Part shown: positions 9,468 to 20,048 of the stretch, piece after piece
How positions within the stretch are numbered: the stretch's first letter is position 1
Layout: each line of letters starts with the position of its first letter
Source: Halodesulfurarchaeum sp.
Lineage (GTDB): Archaea; Halobacteriota; Halobacteria; Halobacteriales; Halobacteriaceae
Reading direction: 5' to 3'
Length of the DNA: 64,000 nt
Assembly: GCA_042216015.1 (NCBI GenBank)
Contig: JBDGUI010000014.1
Coordinates: 9,935 to 73,934, forward strand
Translations under genes and position numbers: made by a program
Notes under the pieces: generated by a model
Databases searched by the model: none
What the model was told of the DNA's origin: nothing
What the model saw: only the letters and a program-made list of their open reading frames with translations

Positions 9468-10295
9468 TCAGTCGGAGTCGTCGCTGAGTCGCTCGGTCGC
9501 CTCGACGAGTGGGTGACGGGCGTAATCGACGACCTCCACGTCGGCGAGCGTCTCGAGTCCCTCGTTTCTGGCGGTTCGGGCCATACCGAGATCGATCCGA
9601 CCCGGGAGCACGATCACGTAGGCGTCCATCTCCTCGACCCCCATGCGACGTGCGGCCATCACTCGATGGTGGCCATCGGCGAGCAACAGGTCTCCTCCAT
9701 TGTCGATGATGACGAGTGGCTCTGCAAGACCGCGCTCGAGTTCGTATTCCCGGCCCTCCAGTTCGTCCGCATAGACCGTCCCCTGTGTGGGGGTCAATTC
9801 CGCGAGCTTGACCGTTCGTCGCTCCTCCCCTGCCTCCACGTCGTGAATCGTCTCGAGTGTCCGTTTGAGTTTGCCCACCTTCTCCGGGGTCGCCCGTTCG
9901 ATCTGGGAGCGGATCACGTCGGCATTCGAGATGATCCCGACGAGATTGCCGGCGTCGTCCACCACCGGGAGCTTCTGGATTCCCGAACGGAGAATGACTC
10001 GCGCGGCGTCGGTGACCTTCATCTCTGGGTGTGCAACGATGAGTTCCTCGCTCATCACCCTGAAGAGTGGTGTCTCGGGGTCCTGGAGGAGGAGGTCACG
10101 GGCCGTGACGAATCCCTCGACGTAGCGGCCGTCGGTGACCGGAAAGCCGTTGTAATCGTCACTCTCCTTGATCCGTTTTGCGACCTCCTCGACGGTCTCC
10201 TCCGCGGAGACCGTGGCCACCTCCCGGGTCATGTACTCCTCGACGCGGGGGCGCTTCGTCCCGCTCTCGAGATCGAATTCAAAGGGCGAGTCCAT
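9468..10295 (-). CDS. CBS-pair protein with ParB-like C-terminal domain
   Basis: Two CBS domains (YMTREVATV, LPVVDDAGNLVGII) and an LADGHHR ParB/Srx motif. Confidence 0.85.
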   Translation of the reverse strand: MDSPFEFDLESGTKRPRVEEYMTREVATVSAEETVEEVAKRIKESDDYNGFPVTDGRYVEGFVTARDLLLQDPETPLFRVMSEELIVAHPEMKVTDAARVILRSGIQKLPVVDDAGNLVGIISNADVIRSQIERATPEKVGKLKRTLETIHDVEAGEERRTVKLAELTPTQGTVYADELEGREYELERGLAEPLVIIDNGGDLLLADGHHRVMAARRMGVEEMDAYVIVLPGRIDLGMARTARNEGLETLADVEVVDYARHPLVEATERLSDDSD

Positions 10296-10466
10296 CGCTC
10301 CCTCCAGCAAAAGCGTCGCGCGTTCGTCGGTCCATACACCCACTTCGAGCCGCCCTGCCTTCCGTCTTTTCCGTTCCCCCGTGGGCGGCGAACTCCGCTG
10401 GGGTCGGGTGGGACGTGGCATCCGGGTTCGCTTCCCCAGAACCGGTTTTCCCTGGTCGTGACCCGC

Positions 10467-11465
10467 TCAGTCCTCGTGGGCCGAATTCGGGAGCGGCTCG
10501 CCCTCGAGCCCGGCGACGAGATTGTCCGCGGCCATTCGGGCCATCTTGTTTCGGGTCTGGATGCTCGCGCTCGCGATGTGAGGGGTGACCACGAGTTTCT
10601 CCGGGATGTGTCGGGTCAACTCGTGATCCGCAGGCAAGGGTTCGGGTTCGGTCACGTCGAGTCCGACCCGGGTGAGCCAATCGTTCTCGAGTGCCACGTC
10701 CATGGCGTCGGGGTCGATGACCGGTCCGCGACTCGTGTTGATGAGGATCGCCTCCTCCCTCATCTGTCGGAACTCCTCCTCGCCGATGAGGTGATGGGTC
10801 GACTCGAGGAGCGGCACGTGCAGGGAGACGAAGTCGCTCTCCGCGAGCAGTTCGTCCTGATCGACGAAGGACGCCTCGACGCCGGCCTCGGCCAGCTCGG
10901 CCTCTGCGGCTTCGTTCGGTTCGACGTCGGTGTAAAGAACGTCCATGTCGAATCCGGCCCCGCGGCGGGCGACTTCCGTGCCGATGTTGCCCATGCCGAC
11001 GATGCCGAGTGTCGCGTGGTGGACATCCGGTCCGGTGAGCAGCTTGGGACCCCAGGTCTCCCACTCGCCGCTCAGCACGTACTCCTGGCCCTCGACCGTG
11101 CGCCGGGCCGTCGTCATCAGCAGGGCCCACGCGAAGTCGGCGGTGGTCTCAGAGAGCACCCCTGGCGTGTGGCCGACCGGCATGTCCCGCTCCGCGGCGG
11201 CGCCCATGTCGATGTGGTCGTAGCCGACCGAGAACGTCGAGATGACCCGCAGATTGGGCGAGGCGTCCATGACCTCCCCGTCGATGTCGTCCGAGAGCAG
11301 GCACAGCAATCCCTCGGCCTCGAGATCCTCGAGTGTCTCGATGATGTGTTCCTTCGAGGGGGGCAATTTCTCCTCCCAGACGTGGACGTCGTACTCGGTT
11401 TCGAGGCGTTCGATACCCGCATCGGGGATGCGGCGAGTTACGTATACTGTCGGTTTCTCCGTCAT
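10467..11465 (-). CDS. D-2-hydroxyacid dehydrogenase (glyoxylate/hydroxypyruvate reductase-like)
   Basis: VGYDHID, GIVGMGNIG NAD-binding motif, INTSRG, LDVTEPEP, TPHIAS. Confidence 0.88.
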   Translation of the reverse strand: MTEKPTVYVTRRIPDAGIERLETEYDVHVWEEKLPPSKEHIIETLEDLEAEGLLCLLSDDIDGEVMDASPNLRVISTFSVGYDHIDMGAAAERDMPVGHTPGVLSETTADFAWALLMTTARRTVEGQEYVLSGEWETWGPKLLTGPDVHHATLGIVGMGNIGTEVARRGAGFDMDVLYTDVEPNEAAEAELAEAGVEASFVDQDELLAESDFVSLHVPLLESTHHLIGEEEFRQMREEAILINTSRGPVIDPDAMDVALENDWLTRVGLDVTEPEPLPADHELTRHIPEKLVVTPHIASASIQTRNKMARMAADNLVAGLEGEPLPNSAHED

Positions 11466-11532
11466 GCTTTGGGTTGCTCGGTAATCGGGTTTGTAATTCG
11501 GGGTCGGACGAAATATTGCGAGTCGGTACGGG

Positions 11533-12690
11533 TTACAGGAACCCGGCGTCTTCCAGTCGGTCGATACCCTCCCTGATCCGCTCCTCGCTCTCGACGAGGG
11601 ATGCACGCACGTAGCCGGGCGTGCCAAAGGCCTTGCCCGGAACCAGGCCGACGCCGGCCTCTCGAACCGCATCCTTGCACCACTCCATGTCGTCCTCGGC
11701 CTCGATCGGGAACATGACGTAGAAGGCACCCTCCGGAACCGGAACGTCGATGCCCCGCTCCTCGAGCAGCTCCACGAGAAGGTCCCGACGGGATTCGAAG
11801 GTGTCCATCATGTCGGCAGTGAGCGCGTCGATGTCGGTGTTCTCGAGGGCCTCGATTCCGGCCCGCTGGACGAAGTTCGAGGCACAGGAAACCGAGTGGG
11901 AGTGGACCTTTCCGGCCTGGGTCGTGTGATCGGTCGGCGCGGCCATGAACCCGAGCCGATAGCCCGTCATCGAGAACGTCTTCGAGAAGCCGTTGATCGT
12001 GATCGTCCGTTCCATCATGCCATCGAAGGTGGCGAGGCTCCGCTGTTCGCTATCGCCATACATCAACTCGGCGTAGATCTCATCCGAAAGGACCGGCAGA
12101 TCGTACTCGACGGCGATGTCCCGAACGCCGCCGAAGGCGGCCTCGGAGAAGACCATCCCGCTTGGGTTCGTCGGGGAGTTGAGCATGATGAGTGCCGTGT
12201 CCTCGGAGACGGCTGCCTCGAGGTCGTCGAGTGCGGGTTCGAGCTGGAAGTCATAGGGAGCCGTATCGACGTGGACGGCCTCACCGCCGGCGAGCTTCAC
12301 CATCGGCTCGTAGGAGGACCACACCGGGTCGATGACGATGACCTCGTCGCCGGGATTGACGACGGCCTGTATCGTCTCGTAGAGGGCGTGTTTGCCGCCC
12401 GGCGTCACGATGATGTTTTCCGGCCCGTAGTCGAGGTCGAAGCGATCCTGGAGGTAGCCGGCAATGGAGCGTCGGAGCTCCATGATCCCATTGGAGGGCG
12501 TATAGGTGGTGTGACCCGCATCGAGGGCGTCCTTCGTCGCGTCGAGGATGTGCTCGGGAGTCTCGACATCGGGCTGACCAACGCTCAGATCGACGATGTC
12601 CGCACCCTCCTCCTCGAGTTCGGAGACGAGATTCGAGATGACGAACGGGGCCGCCGGCTCGACGGCGTGGACGCGGTCGGCGAATTCCAT
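11533..12690 (-). CDS. PLP-dependent class I/II aminotransferase (aspartate aminotransferase-like)
   Basis: LSVGQPD, NSPTNPSG, SDEIY, NGFSKTFSMTGYRLG. Confidence 0.9.
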   Translation of the reverse strand: MEFADRVHAVEPAAPFVISNLVSELEEEGADIVDLSVGQPDVETPEHILDATKDALDAGHTTYTPSNGIMELRRSIAGYLQDRFDLDYGPENIIVTPGGKHALYETIQAVVNPGDEVIVIDPVWSSYEPMVKLAGGEAVHVDTAPYDFQLEPALDDLEAAVSEDTALIMLNSPTNPSGMVFSEAAFGGVRDIAVEYDLPVLSDEIYAELMYGDSEQRSLATFDGMMERTITINGFSKTFSMTGYRLGFMAAPTDHTTQAGKVHSHSVSCASNFVQRAGIEALENTDIDALTADMMDTFESRRDLLVELLEERGIDVPVPEGAFYVMFPIEAEDDMEWCKDAVREAGVGLVPGKAFGTPGYVRASLVESEERIREGIDRLEDAGFL

Positions 12691-12870
12691 TACCGTTCAC
12701 CCCGAAGTGATCCCGTTGACGGTCCTCGCTGTACGAAGCGGACGGATCCTGACGAGCTGCTGGCTCCGATACGGATTGACATAGTGTGAGAGGGTAAACT
12801 CGACACCATCCAAAATAGGTTTCGTTCGAGCGGAGCGTCTCGAGACGCCGTTTCAGGCAAGGTTTGCGAA

Positions 12871-14286
12871 TCAACGATTGGTATCCGTGGTTTCGAGGGT
12901 CTCGAGCAATCGATCCTTGATCTGCTCGGCCACGAACGCCTGGAGTGAATCGTCTCCCTCTTCCGTCTCGACCATCTCGAAGATCCCCAGTGGGATCTGA
13001 GCCCCGGCCATCTGGTCGTGTCCACCGGCGCTCCCGATCTGGTCGAAGGCCCGTCGGAACACGGCCCCGAGATCGACCGCTCCTCCCTTGGCCCGTCCGG
13101 AGAGATAGACCGTCTCCGCGGCGGAGCCATAGACGACGGCGATCGAAATGCCCTCGAGCCCCAGCAATCTGTCCGCGGCCTGAGCCAGGGAATCACGGGA
13201 GTTCACCTCACCGACGAAACTCGAAAGCACCTCCCCCTCGACTTCCCGGTTCCTGATGGCCCGACCGATCGTGTCCAGGGTCGAGGGGCTGAGAGACGGG
13301 CTTTCGACCAGATTCAACACCTCGAGATCGGCGTGGGGAAGCAACCACGCTGCGGCCTCGAAGTCCTTGGCCGTCGTTTCGCGGCCGAAGTCACGGGTGT
13401 CGACCCGGATCCCGTAGAGCAGCCCCGTGGCCACGTCCTCTTCGACGTCGATTTCGAAGTCCTGTAGATAGTCGACGAGGAGCGTGCTCGTCGCCCCGAC
13501 GGCCGACCTGATATCGACGAAATCCGCCTCGCAGTCCGTCGGCGTTGGATGATGGTCGATCACGATGTCGACCGGCATCCCCTCCGGAAGCTGGTCATTG
13601 ATCCCCGGGCGGGAATGGTCGACCAGAGCGAGGTGATCGTCGCCGATGTCCGCCGGCCGCTCGAGCTGTTCGAGATCCACGTCGAGCAGGTTCACGAACG
13701 CACGGTTTTCCTGGTGAGTGATATCGCCAAAGTAACATATCTCGGCGTCGACGCCGAAGCGATCCGCAATCGACCGCAGCGCCAGTGCCGCGCCGAGCGC
13801 GTCAGGGTCGGGATTGTCGTGGGTACAGATCGCGAGATGACCGTTCATTCCCTCGAGTGTTTCCCGGAGGCGCGCGGCCCGATCGATGCGGGAATCGCCT
13901 TCCCGGGCGTCGATCGCGTCGAGTATCATTCCACCGGGTGAAAGCACCCTGTCGGCGGCAGCGATCGATTGACCTGCCGTCCCAGTTTGGGCCGGCATGG
14001 AGAGCAAATACGCCTCCGGAAACACCCGCCGGGCGGCCTCGACCGTCTTCGCTGCCCGGGCGCGATCGTCGGTCAACACGATCACGACATCCGGGTCGAA
14101 ATCCGTCCGCCGCAGGACAGCCGGATCGGTACTGTCACCTGTCTCTGCGGTCACCGAGAGGTCCCGCAGGTGTTCGACCCGCCCCTCGTCGTGATCGATG
14201 ATGTGTAGTCTGCCTGGCCAGTCCCGGAGCGTTCTGGCAATCGAGAGACAGAGGTCCCCACAGCCCAGGACGAGCCGGTCGACCAT
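12871..14286 (-). CDS. TrkA-N/DHH-DHHA1 family phosphoesterase
   Basis: N-terminal RCK-like domain; HDNPDPDA, DHH and GGH motifs. Confidence 0.88.
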   Translation of the reverse strand: MVDRLVLGCGDLCLSIARTLRDWPGRLHIIDHDEGRVEHLRDLSVTAETGDSTDPAVLRRTDFDPDVVIVLTDDRARAAKTVEAARRVFPEAYLLSMPAQTGTAGQSIAAADRVLSPGGMILDAIDAREGDSRIDRAARLRETLEGMNGHLAICTHDNPDPDALGAALALRSIADRFGVDAEICYFGDITHQENRAFVNLLDVDLEQLERPADIGDDHLALVDHSRPGINDQLPEGMPVDIVIDHHPTPTDCEADFVDIRSAVGATSTLLVDYLQDFEIDVEEDVATGLLYGIRVDTRDFGRETTAKDFEAAAWLLPHADLEVLNLVESPSLSPSTLDTIGRAIRNREVEGEVLSSFVGEVNSRDSLAQAADRLLGLEGISIAVVYGSAAETVYLSGRAKGGAVDLGAVFRRAFDQIGSAGGHDQMAGAQIPLGIFEMVETEEGDDSLQAFVAEQIKDRLLETLETTDTNR

Positions 14287-14333
14287 ACGCCATTACCTGA
14301 GAGCCGACGGATAAAAAGCGGTTCCCTCTCCGC

Positions 14334-15842
14334 TCAGATGCCGCCCTCGAGCAACAGCGATGCGGCCGAGATCGCAGTCTCGGCCACGGGATCGAAGGCA
14401 ACGAGCAGCCCGACGGTGACGACGGCCGCACCGATCACGGCGACGTACATGCCCGTCGGGGTCGGACCGAGGTCCTGGGAATCTGTCGGATCTTCGATCC
14501 AGAGGGCCTTCACGACCCGGCTGTAGTAATAGAGCGACAGGGCGCTGTTAATGGCGGCGATACCGGCCAGCCACCAGAACCCGGCCTGGACGGTTCCGGC
14601 GAAGAGGACGTACTTCGAGAGGAAGCCGCCCCCGACCGGAAGGCCAGCAAGACTGAACATGAACACGGTCATCGCGACGCTCACGTACGGTGCCTGCCGA
14701 GCGAGGCCGTTGTAGTCCTCGAAGGTGCGACCGACGTTCCACTTCTCGGCGAGGGCCACGAAGAGGAACGCCCCGGTGTTCATGAAGCCATAGACCAGCA
14801 GGTGCATCATCGCCGCGCCGAGCACCAGTGCCTGCGTGCCCAACTCACCCGACCCGGTGAGGGCGGCAAGCCCCATCAGGACGTAGCCAGCGTGGCCGAT
14901 CGAGGAGTACGCGAGCATCCGCTTCACGTTCTCCTGGGTGGCCGCGGCGAAGTTCCCAACGGTCATCGTGATGATCGCAAGCACCACGAACAGCCAGCCC
15001 CAGGGCACCATCCCGCCGACCAGATCGAGCGGGAAGCCCTGGACGAGCACGCGGAAGGCCACGGCGAAGCCGGCGGCCTTCGAGGCCGAGGAGATGAACG
15101 CCGAGATCGGCGCCGGCGCCCCCTCGTAGGCCTCCGGGGCCCAGAAGTGGAACGGGACGCTCGCAGTCTTGAAGAGGAACCCGCCGATCAGCATCACCAG
15201 CCCGAGCCCGAGCAGGCCCTCGAGGCCCGCGAGCCCGCCCTGGAGTGCTTCTGCGATACCGCTCAGGTGGAGCGTGCCGGTGGCTCCATACACGAGGCTG
15301 ATCCCGTAGACCATCACCGCCGAGGAGAGAGCGCCGATGAGGAAATACTTCAGACCGGCCTCGACACTTCCTTCGTCGTGTTTGAGGTAGGCCACGAGAC
15401 CATAGGAGGGGAGCGAGGCCAGTTCCAGGCTCACGAAGACCGCCGCGAGGTTGTTGGAGACCGCCATGAGACTCATCCCGAGCGCGGCGAGGGAGACGAG
15501 CGAGTAGTACTCCGCAATGGCCTCCGAGCCCTGGAGATAGTCGAAACTCGCGATCACGACGAGTGTGGCCACGCTCCCGAAGATGAACGTGAAGAACAGG
15601 CTCATGCCGTCCACCACGATCATTCCGGCGAACACTTCGGGCACAGTGGTCCCGGACCCCGTGCCTGCGGCCAAGAACCAGGCACTGATCAGCGCAACGA
15701 GAGACGAACCCAGGGCCGCGATGGCGGCGAGCAGTTTGGGTCGCTTCGACTTCGGGAAGACCGTGTCTGCCAGCAGGAGCGCGATCGCGGTGATCGCGAA
15801 GAGGTACTGCGGTGTCAGATGGGGCATGACGAGTTCGTTCAT
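14334..15842 (-). CDS. nuoN: NADH-quinone oxidoreductase-like subunit N
   Basis: EAGLKYF, PFHFWAPEAYEGAP, KRMLAYSSIGHAGY. Confidence 0.95.
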   Translation of the reverse strand: MNELVMPHLTPQYLFAITAIALLLADTVFPKSKRPKLLAAIAALGSSLVALISAWFLAAGTGSGTTVPEVFAGMIVVDGMSLFFTFIFGSVATLVVIASFDYLQGSEAIAEYYSLVSLAALGMSLMAVSNNLAAVFVSLELASLPSYGLVAYLKHDEGSVEAGLKYFLIGALSSAVMVYGISLVYGATGTLHLSGIAEALQGGLAGLEGLLGLGLVMLIGGFLFKTASVPFHFWAPEAYEGAPAPISAFISSASKAAGFAVAFRVLVQGFPLDLVGGMVPWGWLFVVLAIITMTVGNFAAATQENVKRMLAYSSIGHAGYVLMGLAALTGSGELGTQALVLGAAMMHLLVYGFMNTGAFLFVALAEKWNVGRTFEDYNGLARQAPYVSVAMTVFMFSLAGLPVGGGFLSKYVLFAGTVQAGFWWLAGIAAINSALSLYYYSRVVKALWIEDPTDSQDLGPTPTGMYVAVIGAAVVTVGLLVAFDPVAETAISAASLLLEGGI

Positions 15843-17372
15843 CTAGAGACCACCTCCAATCGTGAGGATCGGTCGAACGGCGTCCTGGATCATCCCGTAG
15901 ATCAGGTCCGGGGCCGTCCCGAGCAGGATGACGAACAGCAGGAGCACCACGATGGAAACCCGGTCGGTCACGGCCGCCGGGACGATGTCGTGGTCGGTGT
16001 CGGCCTCGAACGGGCCGAACAGGACCCGCTGCATCGCGAGCAGCAGATAGCCGGCGACGATCACGATGCCGAACATTGCAACCCCGGTGAATACCTGCGC
16101 GTAGGGGAGCACCGTCGACTGCATGCCGCCGAGGAAGATGTACAGTTCCCCGGCGAAGCCGGCCATCAATGGCAGGCCCATGTAGCCGAAGGCCGCCGCG
16201 GTGAAGACTGTCGCCGTCAGCGGCATGCGGTCGGCGATCCCCGAGAGGTCACCCACCATGCGCGTGTGAGCGACGTTGTAGATCACGCCGACGGACATGA
16301 ACATCAACCCCGAGATGAGGCCGTGGGCCACCATCTGGAAGGTCGCCCCACCGAGGCCGTACAGGTTGTAGGCAACGAGTCCGAGCAGGACGTAGCCCAT
16401 CGAGGAGATGGAGGAGTACGCCACGATCCGCTTGAGGTCCTGCTGGGCCAGCGCCAGCATCGCCCCGTAGATCACGCTGATCACCGCAAGGAGCGCGATC
16501 GGAACGGCGAACTCGATTGCCTGCTGGGGGAGCATCGTGAAGTTGAACCGGAGCATCGCGTAGGTTCCCATTTTCAGCAGGACGCCGGCCAGGATCACCG
16601 ACACTGGCGTCGGTGCTTCGACGTGGGCGTCCGGGAGCCACGTGTGGAATGGAACCATCGGGACCTTCACGGCGAACCCGGCGAACATCGCGATGAAGGC
16701 GACTGCCTTCAGCGTGCCCGCTTCGATGCCAGCGAGCGATCCGAGTTCGCCCGCGTGCAACGCCTGTGCGATCTCCGGCAGCCCGAGTGAGGAGATGCTG
16801 TCACCCAGACCAAACACCAGCGCGATGAACCCGATGAACATCACCAGGCTCGCCACGTTGGTGTAGACGAAGAACTTGATCGCGGCGTACTTCCGACGCG
16901 GACCGCCCCAGATGGCGATCAGGAAGTACATCGGCACCAGCACGAACTCCCAGGCGACGAACCACGCGAGGAAGTCGAGTGCGGTGAACACCCCGAGCAG
17001 GCTCGCCTCCATGAAGAGCATCAGCCCGTAGAACTGGGACTGTCGCCGGTCGATCGGCGTCCACGCCGAGAGGATGGCGAGGCTCATCAGCACCGTCGTC
17101 AGCACCACCAGGGCGAGCGAAATGCCGTCCACGCCGACCTGATAGCCGATCGTGATGTCGCCGAGAGTGATCCAGTCGACCTGGGTGTGATACGCGATGT
17201 CCCCCCCGAGAAGCGCGTTCCCTGAACCGTCGAAGCCGAGGAACATGAGCAATGCGCCGGCAAGGGGGAGCAGGCTCAGACCGAAGGCGAGCCGTCCAGC
17301 GATCTCGTCGTCCGCGATCATGACCGCGACCGCGCTTGCGACCGTCACCAGCAGGAGTGCCTCGATCATCAT
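15843..17372 (-). CDS. nuoM: NADH-quinone oxidoreductase-like subunit M
   Basis: PFHTWLPDAHVEAPT, LLKMGTY, DLKRIVAYSS. Confidence 0.95.
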   Translation of the reverse strand: MMIEALLLVTVASAVAVMIADDEIAGRLAFGLSLLPLAGALLMFLGFDGSGNALLGGDIAYHTQVDWITLGDITIGYQVGVDGISLALVVLTTVLMSLAILSAWTPIDRRQSQFYGLMLFMEASLLGVFTALDFLAWFVAWEFVLVPMYFLIAIWGGPRRKYAAIKFFVYTNVASLVMFIGFIALVFGLGDSISSLGLPEIAQALHAGELGSLAGIEAGTLKAVAFIAMFAGFAVKVPMVPFHTWLPDAHVEAPTPVSVILAGVLLKMGTYAMLRFNFTMLPQQAIEFAVPIALLAVISVIYGAMLALAQQDLKRIVAYSSISSMGYVLLGLVAYNLYGLGGATFQMVAHGLISGLMFMSVGVIYNVAHTRMVGDLSGIADRMPLTATVFTAAAFGYMGLPLMAGFAGELYIFLGGMQSTVLPYAQVFTGVAMFGIVIVAGYLLLAMQRVLFGPFEADTDHDIVPAAVTDRVSIVVLLLFVILLGTAPDLIYGMIQDAVRPILTIGGGL

Positions 17373-19442
17373 CTAGAACCACCCCCCGACGAGCGCGACG
17401 ACCAGAACGATGACGACCAGCCCCAGCGTGAGCATGGCGGCGTAGTTCGTCACTCGGCCCGTCTGGAGTCGACGGATGCGCGAGCCCGAGAACAGCGCGA
17501 GACTCGAGACGGCGTTGACGACGCCGTCGATGATGCCCTGGTCGAACTTGTCCGCGATACGGGCGAGTGGAAGGGTCACCCCCTCGGCGAGCCAGACCTG
17601 GTACTCGTCCTGATAGTAATTGTTGTAGAGCAGGGTCTTGAGCGAGCCCAATTTGTCCGTGTGCCGCGTCGGCTCGGGTCCGCTGTAGAGCAGCCAGGCG
17701 AGACTGGCACCCCCGAGCGCGAGCGCGAGTGAAACTGCACTCGCCAGGAGCGTCGTCGCCGTCGCCCCAAGTCCGAAGACCGTCTCGTTTCCGTACCCGG
17801 CCGCGTCGTGGAGAACGTGGTGGTAGCTTTCGACGGTCAATGCCTCATAGCCACTGGCGAACCACTCGTGCAGGAACTCGATGTGGAGGCCGGTTACCTC
17901 CGCGACTGGCGTCATGTTCACCACGCCGATGACTGCCGCGAGCGTCCCCAGAACGACGAGTGGGAACTTGACGTTCCATCGCACGCCGTGAGGGTCCGCC
18001 GCGGTCTCACTGCGTGGCTCGCCGTGGAAGGTCAGGATGACCATCCGGAACGTGTAGAACCCGGTAAACGCCACAGCGATGAGACCCAGGGCATAGGCCA
18101 ACAGGATCATCGGGTTCGACATCCCGTTCACGAGGGCCGCGTGCAGCACCTCGTCCTTCGACCAGAAGCCGGCAAATGGGAAGATTCCCGCGAGCGCGAG
18201 CGAACCGGAGAGGAACGTCCAGTACGTGACTGGCATCTTCTCCTTGAGTCCGCCCATGTCCCACATGTTCTCGTTGTGGTGCATCGCGATGATGACCGAC
18301 CCCGCTCCCAGGAACAGGAGCGCCTTGAAGAATGCGTGGGTCATCAGGTGGAAGGTTGCCGCGACGTAGCCACCGGCACCCAGCGCGAGCATCATGTATC
18401 CATACTGAGATATCGTCGAGTACGCGAGCACCTGCTTGATCTCCCGTTTGACCATGGCCATCGTCGCGGCCATCAGCGCGGTCAGGCCACCGACGAGCGC
18501 GATCAGTGCAAGCACCTGGGGGAGGTGGGCGTAGAACCCGTACATCCGCATGATCAGGTACACGCCGGCTGCGACCATCGTCGCCGCGTGGATGAGCGCC
18601 GAAACCGGAGTCGGGCCCTCCATCGCGTCGGGAAGCCAGGTGTGAAGCGGGAACTGCGCGGACTTCCCGATCACCCCACCCAGGACGAGGAGTCCGATGA
18701 TGGCAAACCACGTCTGCGGCTCGAGCCCGATCGTCCCGAGGAAGTCAGAGACGACTGGCGCCATCTCGCCACTCAGCGCATTGCCGGCCATCTCGGGGAA
18801 GCTCTTGACCCCTGCGCGGGGCGCGAACAGGCCGGTGCCGAACGTCGCGAAGATGGCCACCACGCCGATGAGGAAGAAGTAATCTCCGAACCGGGTGACC
18901 AGGAAGGCCTTCTTGGCGGCGCTCGGCGGGCCCGGTTCGCGGAACCAGAACCCGATGAGCAGCCAGGAGCAGAGCCCGACCAGTTCGAAAAACATGAAGG
19001 CCATCAGGATGTTCGAGGCCATCACGAAAGCCAGCATCGAGAAGCTGAACAGGCCGAGTCCGGCGTAGTACCGGGGCAGACCCGTCTCGCCCTCGTCGTT
19101 CATATAGCCGAGGCTGAACACGTGTACGAGGAAGCTGACGAGCGCGACGATCACCAGCATGTACGCAGAGAGGGGATCGATCAGGATCCCGAAGGACAGA
19201 TCGAACGTCCCCCCGAGACCTGTCGTCCACGTGTAGATCGTTTCGTTGTACGGTTCGCTACCACTGACGGTGACCAGAAGCCACCCGGACACGAGCAGCG
19301 ATCCGGCTGTCGCCAGGATCCCCGGGATCGCGCCGCCTTTCGGCAACAGTCGCGGAGTGAAGTACCCCGCGAGAATCGCGATCACGAAGGACGCAAACGG
19401 CAACATCGGGACCGCCGCGGCGAAGTCAAATGCACCTACCAT
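17373..19442 (-). CDS. nuoL: NADH-quinone oxidoreductase-like subunit L
   Basis: KSAQFPLHTWLPDAMEGPTPVSALIHAATMVAAG. Confidence 0.95.
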   Translation of the reverse strand: MVGAFDFAAAVPMLPFASFVIAILAGYFTPRLLPKGGAIPGILATAGSLLVSGWLLVTVSGSEPYNETIYTWTTGLGGTFDLSFGILIDPLSAYMLVIVALVSFLVHVFSLGYMNDEGETGLPRYYAGLGLFSFSMLAFVMASNILMAFMFFELVGLCSWLLIGFWFREPGPPSAAKKAFLVTRFGDYFFLIGVVAIFATFGTGLFAPRAGVKSFPEMAGNALSGEMAPVVSDFLGTIGLEPQTWFAIIGLLVLGGVIGKSAQFPLHTWLPDAMEGPTPVSALIHAATMVAAGVYLIMRMYGFYAHLPQVLALIALVGGLTALMAATMAMVKREIKQVLAYSTISQYGYMMLALGAGGYVAATFHLMTHAFFKALLFLGAGSVIIAMHHNENMWDMGGLKEKMPVTYWTFLSGSLALAGIFPFAGFWSKDEVLHAALVNGMSNPMILLAYALGLIAVAFTGFYTFRMVILTFHGEPRSETAADPHGVRWNVKFPLVVLGTLAAVIGVVNMTPVAEVTGLHIEFLHEWFASGYEALTVESYHHVLHDAAGYGNETVFGLGATATTLLASAVSLALALGGASLAWLLYSGPEPTRHTDKLGSLKTLLYNNYYQDEYQVWLAEGVTLPLARIADKFDQGIIDGVVNAVSSLALFSGSRIRRLQTGRVTNYAAMLTLGLVVIVLVVALVGGWF

Positions 19443-19443
19443 C

Positions 19444-19749
19444 TTACCACCTCATCGTATTCGGCTCGGTCACGTCCACGTCCCTGAAGTTGCGGAACAG
19501 GACCAGGATGATCCCAATTCCGACGGCCACTTCCGCGGCCGCCAGGGCGAGGACGAACAGGCTGAACGTCTGTCCGGTCAGATTCCCCCACTGGACCGAA
19601 AATGCGACCAGGTTGACGTTTGCCGCGTTGAGCATCAACTCGACGGACATGAGGAACCTGAGCGCGTTCCGGCGGGTGAGCAGCCCGAACACGCCGATGC
19701 TGAACATCGCGGCCGAAAGCAGCACGTAGTACTGGGTTTCGACGACCAT
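19444..19749 (-). CDS. nuoK: NADH-quinone oxidoreductase-like subunit K
   Basis: SVELMLNAAN, AAAEVAVG. Confidence 0.93.
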   Translation of the reverse strand: MVVETQYYVLLSAAMFSIGVFGLLTRRNALRFLMSVELMLNAANVNLVAFSVQWGNLTGQTFSLFVLALAAAEVAVGIGIILVLFRNFRDVDVTEPNTMRW

Positions 19750-20048
19750 CAGTTCTCACCTCCATCACGTCGGGCCAGCATCACGGCGGCACCGAGGGCC
19801 GCATCGAGGACGAACGCCACCGCGAAAAACGGCAGCAGGAAGCCCTCGCTCATGACCATCGGTGCTCCCCGTTCGAGGTTGAACAGGGCATAGCCCAAGC
19901 TCTTCGTGATCGCTGCACCCGGGTCGAATCCCGCAGCCGGCCCGAACGTCGCCGTCAGGATCGCCACCGCCATGACGGCGAACAGGGCGAGTGCCGCCAA
20001 TCCAGGCAGGACATCGACCTTCTGGGAGAGTTCCGGTTTCGTCGTCAT
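19749..20048 (-). CDS. nuoJ2: NADH-quinone oxidoreductase-like subunit J2 (C-terminal half of split NuoJ)
   Basis: Hydrophobic ORF ending LDAALGAAVMLARRD, between nuoJ1 and nuoK. Confidence 0.8.
   Translation of the reverse strand: MTTKPELSQKVDVLPGLAALALFAVMAVAILTATFGPAAGFDPGAAITKSLGYALFNLERGAPMVMSEGFLLPFFAVAFVLDAALGAAVMLARRDGGEN

Noticed and set aside
9513..11576. Long antisense ORFs (687 aa here; also 3967-5331, 14802-16790, 17808-19487, 53553-55253, 59426-61264)
   Set aside because: Shadow frames of genuine high-GC genes on the opposite strand, with no family motifs
12835..12848. 14-bp palindrome GCGTCTCGAGACGC
   Set aside because: Built on CTCGAG, which is very frequent in this sequence; no independent support for a function
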